Shown: positions 1 to 10,366, counted from the first letter of the stretch. The stretch: DNA of 64,000 nucleotides from Candidatus Spongiisociaceae bacterium (GCA_965202665.1 OZ241841.1:704001-768000), one strand, 5' to 3'. Numbers and translations are program-made. The notes: generated by a model not told the origin, from the letters alone.

Positions 1-697
1 ACACGCAGGCCATGTTGGCCACCGGGGTGGGGTCGGTCACGTCCCAGGACAGGGGGCTGCGCTCCGCCCACGCCTCCCCGAAGCCGGAGAAACCGGCGAT
101 GCCTTTGGCGGCCACCGTGGACAGCGGCCCGGCCGACACCGCGTTCACCCGCACATCGTAGGGGCCGAGGTCGCGGGCCAAATAGCGGGTGACCGAAGCC
201 AAAGCCGCCTTGCACACCCCCATCCAGTCGTATCCGGGCCAGGCCTGGGCCCGGTTGTCGAAGTCCAAAGTCACCAAGGCCCCGCCCCCCGCCGCCCGGA
301 ACAGGGGAAGCAACCCCACCGCCAAAGTCTTGTAAGAGAAGGCGGAAGTGACGAAGGCGACGGAAGCGCTGTCGGCGGGGGCGGTCAGAAAATTGCCGCC
401 CAGGGCGTCTTCGGGAGCGTAGGCGATGGCGTGCAGGGCCCCGTCCAACCCGCCCCACCGTTCCCGCAAGTCCTCCGCCAAAGCCTCCATGTGGGAGGGG
501 TCGTTCACGTCCAATTCGCGGACGTCGCATTCCCGGGGCAGGCGGCGGGCGGCCCGTTCGGTGAGGCGCATCCCCCGTCCGAAACCGGTGAGGACGATCT
601 CCGCCCCCTGCTCCAAAGCCACCCGGGCCGTGTGCCAGGCTATGGAGCCGTCGGTGAGCACGCCGGTGATCAGCAGGCGCTTGCCGGCCAGCAACAT
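1..697 (-). CDS. fabI: Enoyl-ACP reductase (InhA/FabI type), 3' end runs off the window
   Basis: Manual translation from ATG at 697: MLLAGKRLLITGVLTDGSIAWHTA...DFDNRAQAWPGYDWMGVCKAAL...VNAVSAGP, which carries InhA-type motifs. Not in the ORF track because it is truncated. Confidence 0.93.
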   Translation of the reverse strand, partial: MLLAGKRLLITGVLTDGSIAWHTARVALEQGAEIVLTGFGRGMRLTERAARRLPRECDVRELDVNDPSHMEALAEDLRERWGGLDGALHAIAYAPEDALGGNFLTAPADSASVAFVTSAFSYKTLAVGLLPLFRAAGGGALVTLDFDNRAQAWPGYDWMGVCKAALASVTRYLARDLGPYDVRVNAVSAGPLSTVAAKGIAGFSGFGEAWAERSPLSWDVTDPTPVANMACV

Positions 698-709
698 TCC
701 CGGCCCCGC

Positions 710-2665
710 TCAGTCCTCGGACGGGGCGGCCGCCGCCCGGGAGGCGATTTCGGCCACGATGTCGGCGTTGGCCAAAGTGGTCACATCCCCCAGGCTCCGC
801 TTCTCGGAAATGTCCCGCAACAGGCGCCGCATAATCTTGCCGGACCGGGTTTTGGGAACATCGGGGGTGAACACGATGCTCTTCGGCTTGGCGATGGGCC
901 CGATGGAGGAGGCCACATGGTCGCGCAGGGCAGCGATGAGGGCGTCGTCCCCCTCCACCCCTCCCCGCAGGCTGACGAAAGCGGCTATCGCCTGGCCGGT
1001 CAACGGGTCGGTGCGCCCCACCACCGCCGCCTCCGCCACCGCCGGATGGGAAACCAGGGCCGACTCCACTTCCATGGTGGAAATGTTGTGTCCGGCCACC
1101 AGCATCACATCATCCACCCGGCCCAGCAGCCAGAAGAACCCGTCCTCGTCCAACTTGGCCCCATCCCCGGGGAAATACCGGCCTTCAAACCGGGACCAGT
1201 AGGTGTCCAAATAACGCTGGTCGTCCCCCCAAATGGAACGCAACATGGACGGCCACGGCCCGTCCAACACCAGAAAACCGCCCCCCCGCTCCACCGTATT
1301 TCCCGCTTCGTCCACCACGCGGGCGGTTACGCCCGGCATGGGCCGGGTGGCGCTGCCCGGCTTGGCGACGGTCAACCCGGGCAGGGGCGAAATCATTATG
1401 GACCCGGTTTCCGTCTGCCACCAAGTGTCGACGATGGGGGCCCGCCCGCCCCCGATATGTTCGTGGTACCACATCCAGGCTTCGGGGTTGATCGGTTCGC
1501 CCACCGTGCCCAGCAACCGCAACGAGGAAAGGTCGTGCCGTTGCGGATATTCCTCGCCCCATTTCATGAAAGCCCGGATGGCGGTGGGGGCGGTGTAGAG
1601 CTGGGTGACACCGTATTTGGCGACGATCGCCCACAGGCGGTCCCGGTCCGGGAAGTCGGGGGTTCCCTCGTACATCACCGAGGTGGTGCGGTTGGCCAGC
1701 GGCCCGTACACGATGTAGGTGTGGCCGGTCACCCATCCGATGTCGGCCGCGCACCACCAGATGTCCCGGTCGGGCTTGATGTCGAACACCAGGCTGTGGG
1801 TGGTCGCCGCCCCCGTCAAATACCCGCCGGTGGTGTGCATGATCCCTTTCGGCTTGGCGGTGGTGCCGGAGGTGTACAGGATGTACAGCAGATCTTCGGC
1901 CCCCATCGGCTCCGGGGGGCAGTCGGCCTCCCGGCCCTCCGTCAAATCGTGCCACCACACATCCCGCCCCTCCCGCATTGTCACCGGGTTGGCGGTGCGC
2001 CGCAGGACGATGCAGGTGCGGATGCGGTCGGTGCGCTCCATGGCCGTATCGGCCGCTCCTTTCAAATCCACCACCTGCCCCCGCCGCCAGGCCCCGTCGC
2101 AGGTGATCAGCGTCTCCGCCCCGGCGTCCTCCACCCGGTCCACGATGGCGTCCGAGGAGAAACCCCCGAAGATGACGCTGTGGGCGGCCCCCAAACGGGC
2201 GCAGGCCAGCATGGCCACCGCCAACTCGGGCACCATCCCCATGTAAATGGCCACCCGGTCGCCTTTCGCCACCCCCAGCGAACGCAGGCCGTTGGCGAAC
2301 CGGCACACCTCCTCATGCAGTTCCCGATAGGTGATGACCCGTTCATCCCCCGGCTCCCCCTCCCAGAAATAAGCGACCTGTTCCCCGCGCCCGGCCTCCA
2401 GGTGGCGGTCCAGGCAGTTGTAGGAGATGTTCAACTCCCCGTCGGTGAACCACTTGTAGAAAGGGGGGTTGGAATCGTCCAGCATCACGGTCGGCTCCCG
2501 GAACCAGGTGATCCTTTCCAAAGCGGCCTCCGTCCAATATGCGACCGGGTCGGCGGCGGCCCGTTCCCAGATGCCCGGCTGGGCGTTGGCCTGCCGGGTG
2601 AATTCGGGGTCGGGCGGGAAACGGCGGTCTTCCCGCAGAAGGTTTTCAATGGCTGCGTCGGACAT
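710..2665 (-). CDS. acs: Acetate--CoA ligase
   Basis: 651 aa; YTSGTTAKPKG, DTWWQTETG and PKTRSGKIMRR motifs. Confidence 0.97.
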   Translation of the reverse strand: MSDAAIENLLREDRRFPPDPEFTRQANAQPGIWERAAADPVAYWTEAALERITWFREPTVMLDDSNPPFYKWFTDGELNISYNCLDRHLEAGRGEQVAYFWEGEPGDERVITYRELHEEVCRFANGLRSLGVAKGDRVAIYMGMVPELAVAMLACARLGAAHSVIFGGFSSDAIVDRVEDAGAETLITCDGAWRRGQVVDLKGAADTAMERTDRIRTCIVLRRTANPVTMREGRDVWWHDLTEGREADCPPEPMGAEDLLYILYTSGTTAKPKGIMHTTGGYLTGAATTHSLVFDIKPDRDIWWCAADIGWVTGHTYIVYGPLANRTTSVMYEGTPDFPDRDRLWAIVAKYGVTQLYTAPTAIRAFMKWGEEYPQRHDLSSLRLLGTVGEPINPEAWMWYHEHIGGGRAPIVDTWWQTETGSIMISPLPGLTVAKPGSATRPMPGVTARVVDEAGNTVERGGGFLVLDGPWPSMLRSIWGDDQRYLDTYWSRFEGRYFPGDGAKLDEDGFFWLLGRVDDVMLVAGHNISTMEVESALVSHPAVAEAAVVGRTDPLTGQAIAAFVSLRGGVEGDDALIAALRDHVASSIGPIAKPKSIVFTPDVPKTRSGKIMRRLLRDISEKRSLGDVTTLANADIVAEIASRAAAAPSED

Positions 2666-2795
2666 TTCTCCCTCGCTTGACGGTCGGCCCCGGCCGGGGG
2701 TGGTCCTCAGAATAACGGCTGCGCCGGGCGGGCGGGGCGATTAGAGGCCGCCGGCCGATCCTAGGTGGGAAGCCTCCGGGCGGACGCGGGCTCCC

Positions 2796-4460
2796 CTACG
2801 TCCCGGCCGCGGTCGCCGCCGGGACGGGCGCGGATGAGGAGGCGGCGGTCAGGGAATCTTGGGCGTGGTAGGAGGAACGCACCAGCGGGCCCGACTCCAC
2901 ATGGGCCAGGCCCAGGCGCCGCCCGTAGGCCGCGTATTCGGCGAACTCGTCGGGATGGACGTAGCGGTGCACCGGCCGGTGGCGGGGGGTGGGCCGCAGA
3001 TACTGGCCGATGGTGGCCACATCCGCCCCCACCGCCCGCAGGTCGGCCAACGCCCCCAAAATCTCCTCCCGGGTTTCCCCCATACCGGCGATCAGCCCCG
3101 ATTTGACCACCCCCTGCGGGCGGAGCCATTTGGCCCGGGCCAGCAAAGTCAGGGACCGCCCGTAATTGGCCGCGGTGCGCACCTCCCGTTGCAAGCGGAG
3201 CACGGTTTCGGTGTTGTGGTTGAGCACCGCCGGCCCGGCCGTCATCACCCGCTCCAGGTCATCCGCCGAACCTTTGAAGTCGGGGATCAGAACTTCCACG
3301 TCGCATCCGGGAACCCGCCTCCGCACTTCGGAAACCGTCTGGGCGAACACCTGCGAGCCGCCGTCCGGCAGGTCGTCCCGGTTGACGGAGGTGATCACCA
3401 TATGCCGCAACCCCATCCGGGCCGCCGCCTCCGCCACCCGCCCCGGCTCGTCCCAATCCAAGCCGGCGGGCCGCCCGGTGGTCACATTGCAGAACCCGCA
3501 GGCCCGGGTGCAGACATCCCCCAGGATCATCACCGTGGCCGTGCCCTGCCCCCAGCATTCGTAGATGTTGGGGCATCCGGCCTCCTCGCACACCGTGTTC
3601 AACCCCAACTCCCGCATCATCTCCCCCATCCCCCGGTATGCGGAACCTTGGCGGGCACGCACCCGCATCCACTCCGGGCGCTCCGGCTCGCCGGGCAGCC
3701 GCCGGTTGATCAGAACCGGAACCGAACGGAAACGGTCGGGGGAGAAACATCCGTCGGCCGCCAGCCGGTCCACTTCGAAGCGGCGGGGGCGGCCCTGCCC
3801 CCGGACGAAAGCCCCCAGCTGCGTCTCCCGGCGGCGATAGCCGAAAGTCTCGGCGAAGGCCGGAACCAACCGCTCCACCGTTTCTTCTATGGAAACCGGG
3901 CGGCCCAGCAGTTGGGTGAGGGAAGTGACCGGCCGGTCGGGGATGCCGCACGGGTTCATGTGGGCGAAGAAGTCCATGTCCGGGTTCACGTTCAGGGCGA
4001 ACCCGTGCATGGTCACCCGCCGGGAAACCCGCATCCCGATGGCGGCCGCCTTGCCCCGCTCCGTCCACACCCCCGTGTATCCGGGCTCCCGCCAAGCCCG
4101 CGGCCCGAAGCCGGCCAGGGTGCGGATGAGGGCCTCCTCCACCGCCCGCACGTAGGGGATGATTTTGCGGGCGTCGGCCAGGCGGAGAATCGGGTAGCCG
4201 ACCAGCTGGCCGGGGCCGTGGTAGGTGACGTCCCCGCCCCGATCGATGTCGAACCGCTCCGCCCCCAACTCCGCCAAGCCCTCCTCGGAAATCAACAGGT
4301 GGGAGCCGTCCCCGTTGCGGCCCACCGTATACACGTGGGGATGCTCCACCAGCAGCAGGTAGTCGGCGCGGGAGCGGCCCCGCAACCGCCCCTCCCAGAA
4401 GGCCTTTTGCAGATCCCAGGCCTCCCGGTAGGCCATCCGCCCCAGCCAGCGGACGCGCAA
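2796..4460 (-). CDS. lipA: Fused octanoyltransferase (LipB) - lipoyl synthase (LipA)
   Basis: N-terminal LLVEHPHVYTVG, RGGDVTYHGPGQLVGY, HGFALN, PCG (LipB). C-terminal CEEAGCPNIYEC, CTRACGFC, RSSY (LipA). Start uncertain: the ORF track start at 4592 overlaps dlaT, so the in-frame TTG at 4460 was chosen. Confidence 0.92.
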   Translation of the reverse strand: MRVRWLGRMAYREAWDLQKAFWEGRLRGRSRADYLLLVEHPHVYTVGRNGDGSHLLISEEGLAELGAERFDIDRGGDVTYHGPGQLVGYPILRLADARKIIPYVRAVEEALIRTLAGFGPRAWREPGYTGVWTERGKAAAIGMRVSRRVTMHGFALNVNPDMDFFAHMNPCGIPDRPVTSLTQLLGRPVSIEETVERLVPAFAETFGYRRRETQLGAFVRGQGRPRRFEVDRLAADGCFSPDRFRSVPVLINRRLPGEPERPEWMRVRARQGSAYRGMGEMMRELGLNTVCEEAGCPNIYECWGQGTATVMILGDVCTRACGFCNVTTGRPAGLDWDEPGRVAEAAARMGLRHMVITSVNRDDLPDGGSQVFAQTVSEVRRRVPGCDVEVLIPDFKGSADDLERVMTAGPAVLNHNTETVLRLQREVRTAANYGRSLTLLARAKWLRPQGVVKSGLIAGMGETREEILGALADLRAVGADVATIGQYLRPTPRHRPVHRYVHPDEFAEYAAYGRRLGLAHVESGPLVRSSYHAQDSLTAASSSAPVPAATAAGT

Positions 4461-4492
4461 CAGGGACGGGTCTTCGACTAAACCGGGCGGGC

Positions 4493-5932
4493 TCAGACCA
4501 ACTGCTGTTCCCAATCCCAAGTCTCCAGGTTGTCCCGGATGCGGCGCAGGAACAGGGAGGCGGTGGAGCCGTCGAACGCCCGGTGATCCCACGAGAAACC
4601 CAGGTATCCGATGTGGCGCACCGCAATCGTGTCCTGGCCGTCCACGGTGGTCACCACCTTGGGCCGTTTGGCGATGGTGTCCGTGGACAGGATGGCGACG
4701 TTGGGCAAGTTGATGACGGGGGCGGAAATAAAGGATCCGTGCGGCCCGGGGTTGGTGATGGTGAAGGTGCTGACCGAAATGTCGTCCGGCCCCAGGCCGC
4801 CCGCCCGGGCCCGTTCCCCCACGTCCCGAATCTTGCGGGCCAGCCCCCGCAGGGTGTAGTCGTTGGCGTCGCGGATGGTGGCCACCATCAGCCCCTCCTG
4901 ATCCAGATCCACCGCAATGCCCAAATGGATGTCGTGGTGGAACACCGCCTTGCGCTCCTCGTAGTGGAAGGAGGAATTAACCACCGGGTATTCCCGCAGG
5001 GCGTCCATGGTCGCCCGGGCGATGAAAGGCAGGTAAGTGAGGGAGAAGCCTTCCGCGGCCCGGAACTGCTGGCGATGGGCGCGGCGCACCCGCTCCACCG
5101 CTTCGAAGTCCACTTCCATGGAAGTCCACACATGGGCGGCGGTCTGTTTGGATTTGATCATGTTGGCCGCGATGCGGGCCCGCAGGCGGTCGATTTCCCG
5201 CACTTCGTCCCCGCGGCGCACGGCCACCGCCTCCCCCCCGGCCACTGCCACCGCCGGAACCGGCGCCGCGGGGGCGATGTCCGGCGCGGCGGGGGGCGGG
5301 GCGGGGGCGGGTTCGGGGGCGGGCTCCGGTTGCGGACCGCCGACCGCCCCGGCCCGCTCGATGTAGGCCAGCAGGTCGTTGCGGGTCACCCGTCCGTCGC
5401 GGCCGGTGCCGGTCACCTGCGACGGGTCCACCCCGTGCTCCCGGGCCAGTTTGCGCACCACCGGGGACAGAAAAGCGGCCCCTCCGACGGGTGCGGCCGT
5501 TTCCGGCGCGGCGGGCGGGGGAGGTTCGGGGGCCGCAGGAGGTTCGGGAGCGGGCGCGGGTTCGGGGGCCGGAGCCGGTTCGGGGACGGGCGGGGAGGGG
5601 GCCGGTTCAGGGGGGGCCGCCTCGGGCGCCGGAGGCGGTTCGGGCGCGGGTTCGGGGGCGGCGGCGGGGGCCGGCGCGGGGGCGGCCGCCTCCCCTTCCT
5701 CGGCGATCACCGCCATCGGGGCTCCCACCTGAATGGTCTCGCCTTCAGCCGCCAAAATCTCTTGGAGCACGCCGGTCACCGGCGAGGGAACTTCGGTGTC
5801 CACCTTGTCGGTGGAAATCTCCACCAACATTTCGTCGGTGGCGACGGCGTCCCCCACTTGCTTCAGCCAGCGGAGAATCGTCCCTTCCGTAACCGTCTCC
5901 CCCAGCTGGGGCATGGAAACCGTGGTTGGCAT
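4493..5932 (-). CDS. dlaT: 2-oxoacid dehydrogenase E2 (dihydrolipoamide acyltransferase, DlaT/SucB-like)
   Basis: Lipoyl domain STDKVDTEVPSP, Pro/Ala linker, E3-binding SPVVRKLA...GTGRDGRVT, catalytic DHRAFDG. Confidence 0.92.
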   Translation of the reverse strand: MPTTVSMPQLGETVTEGTILRWLKQVGDAVATDEMLVEISTDKVDTEVPSPVTGVLQEILAAEGETIQVGAPMAVIAEEGEAAAPAPAPAAAPEPAPEPPPAPEAAPPEPAPSPPVPEPAPAPEPAPAPEPPAAPEPPPPAAPETAAPVGGAAFLSPVVRKLAREHGVDPSQVTGTGRDGRVTRNDLLAYIERAGAVGGPQPEPAPEPAPAPPPAAPDIAPAAPVPAVAVAGGEAVAVRRGDEVREIDRLRARIAANMIKSKQTAAHVWTSMEVDFEAVERVRRAHRQQFRAAEGFSLTYLPFIARATMDALREYPVVNSSFHYEERKAVFHHDIHLGIAVDLDQEGLMVATIRDANDYTLRGLARKIRDVGERARAGGLGPDDISVSTFTITNPGPHGSFISAPVINLPNVAILSTDTIAKRPKVVTTVDGQDTIAVRHIGYLGFSWDHRAFDGSTASLFLRRIRDNLETWDWEQQLV

Positions 5933-5961
5933 CTTTCCTCTCCCGTCTCGTCTCGGCTATC

Positions 5962-7347
5962 TCAGTGCAAAGGGCGTCCGGCGGCGCCCAGCAACGTTTC
6001 CCCCACCGCCTCCGACAGAGTGGGGTGGGCGTGCACGAAGGCGGCCGCCTCTTCCGGCAGGGCCTCCCACCCCACCGCGTACATCAACTCGTGGATCATT
6101 TCCCCGGCCTGGGGTCCGACCACCGTCGCCCCCACGATGGGGCCGCCCGCCTGGTTCACCACTTTGACGAACCCCTGGTTCTGCCCGATCATCTGCGCCC
6201 GGCCCACACCGACCAAGGAATGGCTGGTCGTTTCCACTTCCATCCCGGCGGCTACGGCCTGCGCTTCGGTCAAACCGACCGCCGCCACCTCCGGATGAGT
6301 GTAGACCACGTTGGGCAGTGCCCGGTAGTCGACGGGGGCGGTGCGGCCGGTGGCGATATGGGTGACGGCGGCGATGGCTTCGGCGAAAGCCCCATGCGCC
6401 AGGCCGGGGGTTTCGGCCACGATGTCGCCCACCGCGTACACCCCCGGCTGGCCGGTCTGCATGGTTTGCAGGTCGGCGGCCACGTAACCCCGGTCCACTA
6501 CCGCCCCGGTCCACTCCAATCCCAAATCGGCGGTAACCGGACGGCGCCCCACCGCCACCAGCGCAACATCCACTTCCTCCCGCATCCCGCCGCCGCGCAA
6601 GGCCAAGGCGGGGGAACGTTCCAGTTCGGCGGACGCCCCCAGCGCGAACTTCACCCCCCGGCGCTCCAAATGCTTCTGCAACTCCCGGGCGGCGGCCGGG
6701 TCGAAACCGGGCAGAATTTGCTCCATCATCTCAAACACCGTCACCTGGCTGCCCACCTCGGCCAACAGGGCGGCGAACTCGCACCCCACGATCCCGCCCC
6801 CCACGATCCCCACCCGTTCCGGCCGTTGCGGCCAGTCCAAGGCGTGGTCGGAACTCACCACCTGCCGTCCGTCGAACTCAAAACCGGGCACCTCGATGGG
6901 AACGGAGCCGGTGGCGAGGACGACCGCGCCCGCCTCCAGCCGGGCGGCGCCGTCCGGACCTTCCACCGCCACCGCCCCCGGCCCGTCCAGCCGCCCCCGG
7001 CCGTTGCGCACCTCCACGCCCCTCTGCTTGAGCAATCCCCCCAAGCCCCGCACCAGGCCGTTCACTATTTTGTCCTTGCGGGCCAAAGCGGTCGGCCAGT
7101 CGAACCGCGCCTCGCCGGTCACCACCCCGAATTCGCCGGCTTTGCGAACCGTGGAATAAACCTCGGCGGAGGCCAGCCAACTCTTGGCCGGGATGCACCC
7201 CCGCAACAGGCAGGTTCCCCCCACCGTATCCTGCTCCACCAAGGCCACCGACAGGTCAAAGTTGCGGGCGTAAAGGGCGGCGGCGTACCCGCCCGGCCCG
7301 CCCCCGATGATCACCAGGTCGTATTGGCTGCGTTGTTCATTCATCAC
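5962..7347 (-). CDS. lpdA: Dihydrolipoyl dehydrogenase (E3)
   Basis: GGGPGG, GGTCLLRGCIP redox disulfide, HPTLSE; adjacent to E2. Confidence 0.95.
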   Translation of the reverse strand: MMNEQRSQYDLVIIGGGPGGYAAALYARNFDLSVALVEQDTVGGTCLLRGCIPAKSWLASAEVYSTVRKAGEFGVVTGEARFDWPTALARKDKIVNGLVRGLGGLLKQRGVEVRNGRGRLDGPGAVAVEGPDGAARLEAGAVVLATGSVPIEVPGFEFDGRQVVSSDHALDWPQRPERVGIVGGGIVGCEFAALLAEVGSQVTVFEMMEQILPGFDPAAARELQKHLERRGVKFALGASAELERSPALALRGGGMREEVDVALVAVGRRPVTADLGLEWTGAVVDRGYVAADLQTMQTGQPGVYAVGDIVAETPGLAHGAFAEAIAAVTHIATGRTAPVDYRALPNVVYTHPEVAAVGLTEAQAVAAGMEVETTSHSLVGVGRAQMIGQNQGFVKVVNQAGGPIVGATVVGPQAGEMIHELMYAVGWEALPEEAAAFVHAHPTLSEAVGETLLGAAGRPLH

Positions 7348-7412
7348 GGCCAGTCTAGCCCGCCGCCCAAAGCCGGCGCGTAACGGCCCGGCGGAGCCGC
7401 TAATCTGGGGTC

Positions 7413-7505
7413 ATGCCCACCCGCTACCTGATCCTGGGGGCGTTGATCACCGCCCTGATTATCCTGGGCGCCTCCGGCCTCTGGTTCCTGCAGGCGATCC
7501 TATGA
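7413..7505 (+). CDS. Putative 30-aa single-TM small protein
   Basis: MPTRYLILGALITALIILGASGLWFLQAIL*, GC-rich codon usage, TAATCT -10-like hexamer at 7401-7406 just upstream (leaderless geometry). Confidence 0.5.
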   Translation: MPTRYLILGALITALIILGASGLWFLQAIL

Positions 7506-7695
7506 ACCTCCGCCGCCCGACAAAGGACCGTCGTGCCAGGCGGAACGCACCTCGCCGCGGGGGTCGCCCGCTTGGAAAAGGCCGGTCAGCCCTTGCTCTC
7601 GGTTGACAGGGAGCCTTTCGTGAGCCGGGGCGAGCAGTTTGCATATCTGAATGGACGAAAGTGATCGGCTGAATTACGATCTATTTGTGTATTAA

Positions 7696-9249
7696 TTATT
7701 CCATTTCGTCTCGCCATTTTATTAGGATGCCTTCAATCTCTTCTACCAGGGGTTGTATTTTGCTTTCTGATTTTCGAGTTTCCAGGCGGGAAACTATTCT
7801 GCAAATATCTGAGGTGTTTCTATTTAGTTGTTCTGATAAATCGTAGAGTTTGTTTTTGGCTATTTCAGCAGGGCTATCAGAAGCTGAATTGTAGATAGAG
7901 TCCAGCCTGGTCAGTCGGTTAGCCAGGTCATCTTTGTTGATGATTAGTTCTCTTGCCGTATCTTGTGCGTTCTGTTGCATCTGTTGCCAAACCCAGGCCT
8001 CCGGCCCATCGTCTCCGGGAAGGAAGAGCACCGATACATCTTTTCCTCCCGCCTTTTGAATTTTTTCCGCTACGCTACTGTTCCGCTTGTCGCCGTCGAG
8101 GACGAAAACAAAGTTATCTAACTGTCTGACCTTTTTGAAGGCGGCAGCGTGCGCGGGGAATTCTTCAGCACCCGTGTTCCGAATACGAACCGATTCCCCT
8201 CTTATCCTCCGCCGGAGACATACTTTATCAACAATACCTTGTAAAATACCCTCCGCCGCATCATCTTCGCAGAGAAGATTCAATGTGTCGGCGGAACGTC
8301 CATACAGCACATCTTGGACAATATCCCGATAAGGAGGATGAACCGCAACCCTGCCCGTTTCGTCCCTTTCGAGAAAAATACGGCCATAGGCCGGAACCGT
8401 GTCGAGAACCACCGGACTGTGGGTGGTGACTATAACTTGCAGGTCGTTGCGTAAAGCCAGTTGCTGTAGATGAAGCATCAAAAGTTTTTGTATCAAAGGA
8501 TGAAGCCCGGCTTCCACTCCATCGATCAGAACCAAGGCATCCCGCAACTGGGCGATGTCCCGAGATATGCTCAGGATGGCGCGTTCACCAGCCGCCATGT
8601 GCAACTCTGAATATTCCACGCCACTCTTCTGTTCCGCAAAAAGCATATTTTCCTGGCCGCTGGAAAGTTCCACCACCTCCGAATATTCAAAGGGAAGCAT
8701 ATGCTGGGCGAACGCAATCTGCGATGCGTTCAAAGGCTTCGCAATCGGTTCAGTTTTGAGACGCGACATGCTGAGTACTCCCCGTACCTCGGAGGGATTA
8801 CTTAGGTTGCTTAGCGTACGAAGATAAACCCGTCGCTCCGGTTGGCTGGCGTTCTTTCGTCCGAGGAAACTCCTACTCCACCCTTTGTTGCGGCGCCACC
8901 GCATAGCCATCCGTCCCTCCGGCGTCTTATAGTTAAATTCGAGGGTAATCTGATTCTCATGATCTCGGCGCGCGCCGGGCTTGGGACGGTAATCGGGAAA
9001 CAAAGTTGAAGGCGCAAAATCCCTAACACCCGCTCCCGGAACCTTGTAGGCGCAGGCGGCGGCGAACAGAACCGTCGATTTTCCGCTGGCGTTGCCGCCG
9101 GCGATGACGCTCACCGGATAATCAAATCCCACTTCTAGGTCAGCTATGCCTCGGATGCCTTGCAACCGGATTTCCGACAGAAAATGCGGAAAATGAGATT
9201 TTCTGCCTTGCAACTGTTGCCAAAGTTGCCGCAGGCGCCTTTCGGTCAT
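7696..9249 (-). CDS. ABC/AAA ATPase with C-terminal TOPRIM-like domain (OLD-family-like nuclease, putative defence)
   Basis: GGNASGKST Walker A, LIDGVEAGLHP Walker B/D-loop, TTHSP, then LCEDD and VLDGD TOPRIM-like acidic motifs; lower GC than flanks. Confidence 0.78.
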   Translation of the reverse strand: MTERRLRQLWQQLQGRKSHFPHFLSEIRLQGIRGIADLEVGFDYPVSVIAGGNASGKSTVLFAAACAYKVPGAGVRDFAPSTLFPDYRPKPGARRDHENQITLEFNYKTPEGRMAMRWRRNKGWSRSFLGRKNASQPERRVYLRTLSNLSNPSEVRGVLSMSRLKTEPIAKPLNASQIAFAQHMLPFEYSEVVELSSGQENMLFAEQKSGVEYSELHMAAGERAILSISRDIAQLRDALVLIDGVEAGLHPLIQKLLMLHLQQLALRNDLQVIVTTHSPVVLDTVPAYGRIFLERDETGRVAVHPPYRDIVQDVLYGRSADTLNLLCEDDAAEGILQGIVDKVCLRRRIRGESVRIRNTGAEEFPAHAAAFKKVRQLDNFVFVLDGDKRNSSVAEKIQKAGGKDVSVLFLPGDDGPEAWVWQQMQQNAQDTARELIINKDDLANRLTRLDSIYNSASDSPAEIAKNKLYDLSEQLNRNTSDICRIVSRLETRKSESKIQPLVEEIEGILIKWRDEME

Positions 9250-9354
9250 TGCGGTTTCTCCCTGAGTCAGCCTGTCAATGCCTACGAGGCTGAGGTTACC
9301 ACATCCGCGTCTTTAGCCTGATTAAGAATAAAACTCTGGTAAGCTAGACGGAAA

Positions 9355-10272
9355 ATGTCCCGAATGGAGGTGTCCGTGAGAAAGATGGGGTTGATGATGG
9401 GGGTGGCGGCGGTCGCCTTGTTGGCGACGGCCTGTGAAATGCGGTTCTACATAGGCCTGACGGTGGAAGAGGACGGCAGCGGGACCGTGTCGTACGACTT
9501 GGCCATCGATGAGGAATTGCGCGGCATGGCCGGAGACGAGTTTGACATCGACATGGGGGAGTTCATCGGGGAAGTGCTGAGCGTCGAGCCCGAGAATGTG
9601 CCCTGCGATGTGGAGCCTCTGCTCGATGGGGACTTCCAAGGGGCGCGAATGACGTGCTCCTTTGCGTCCTGGGAACAACTGATGGAAATGGCCATCCCTG
9701 TGGCGGAACAAGATACGTTCGAGCTACCGATGCCGCAATCGATGTCCGGCTTCCAACTGGAACGGGACGGCGACACGTTCCGTTTCCTGCTAGACGCCAC
9801 CGACATCAACCGGTCCTACGACGCGCCCCTCAGCGAGATGCCCATGGATATGGATATGAATCTGGACTGGGACTCCATCTATGACATCAGGTTCACCGCC
9901 ACCCTTCCCGGCGAGGTCGTCTCCCACAACGCCTCCGTGGTCGAAGGCAACACCCTCACTTGGTGGTTTCCCACCGCCGAACCCTGGCTGATGGCCGAAT
10001 CCCGGGTGTCGGGCGGTCTGAGCCCGGCGGCCCTCTGGTCGCTGATCGCGGTCGGAGTAGTAATCCTGGTAATGCTGATCCTGCGGTTCCGGCCGACGGG
10101 CAAAGCCGAACCCTCCCCGCCGGAACCCGGATCAGAATCCGACGCCGGCGCCGATCCGGAAACGGAGGAAGCGGCTGATCCGGAAACGGAGGAGACGCCG
10201 ACAACGGAAATGTCCGAAGCTGAAGGCGTCGCCGAACCTGATAGCGGGGAAGAGCAACGGCCAACCGAATAG
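9355..10272 (+). CDS. LppM/DUF3153-like lipoprotein with C-terminal TM and acidic tail
   Basis: Lipobox LATAC, TVEEDGSGT, TLPGEVVSHNA..VEGNTLTW, TM helix, ADPETEE repeat. True start may be a later Met. Confidence 0.7.
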   Translation: MSRMEVSVRKMGLMMGVAAVALLATACEMRFYIGLTVEEDGSGTVSYDLAIDEELRGMAGDEFDIDMGEFIGEVLSVEPENVPCDVEPLLDGDFQGARMTCSFASWEQLMEMAIPVAEQDTFELPMPQSMSGFQLERDGDTFRFLLDATDINRSYDAPLSEMPMDMDMNLDWDSIYDIRFTATLPGEVVSHNASVVEGNTLTWWFPTAEPWLMAESRVSGGLSPAALWSLIAVGVVILVMLILRFRPTGKAEPSPPEPGSESDAGADPETEEAADPETEETPTTEMSEAEGVAEPDSGEEQRPTE

Positions 10273-10366
10273 GCCCTGCCGCCCCACCCAATAGACAGGT
10301 ACGCCTCCAACCTATCGGTTACGTACGGGCGGCTTTAGGCGAACCGGTTTGTCCCGCCCCGAAAAG

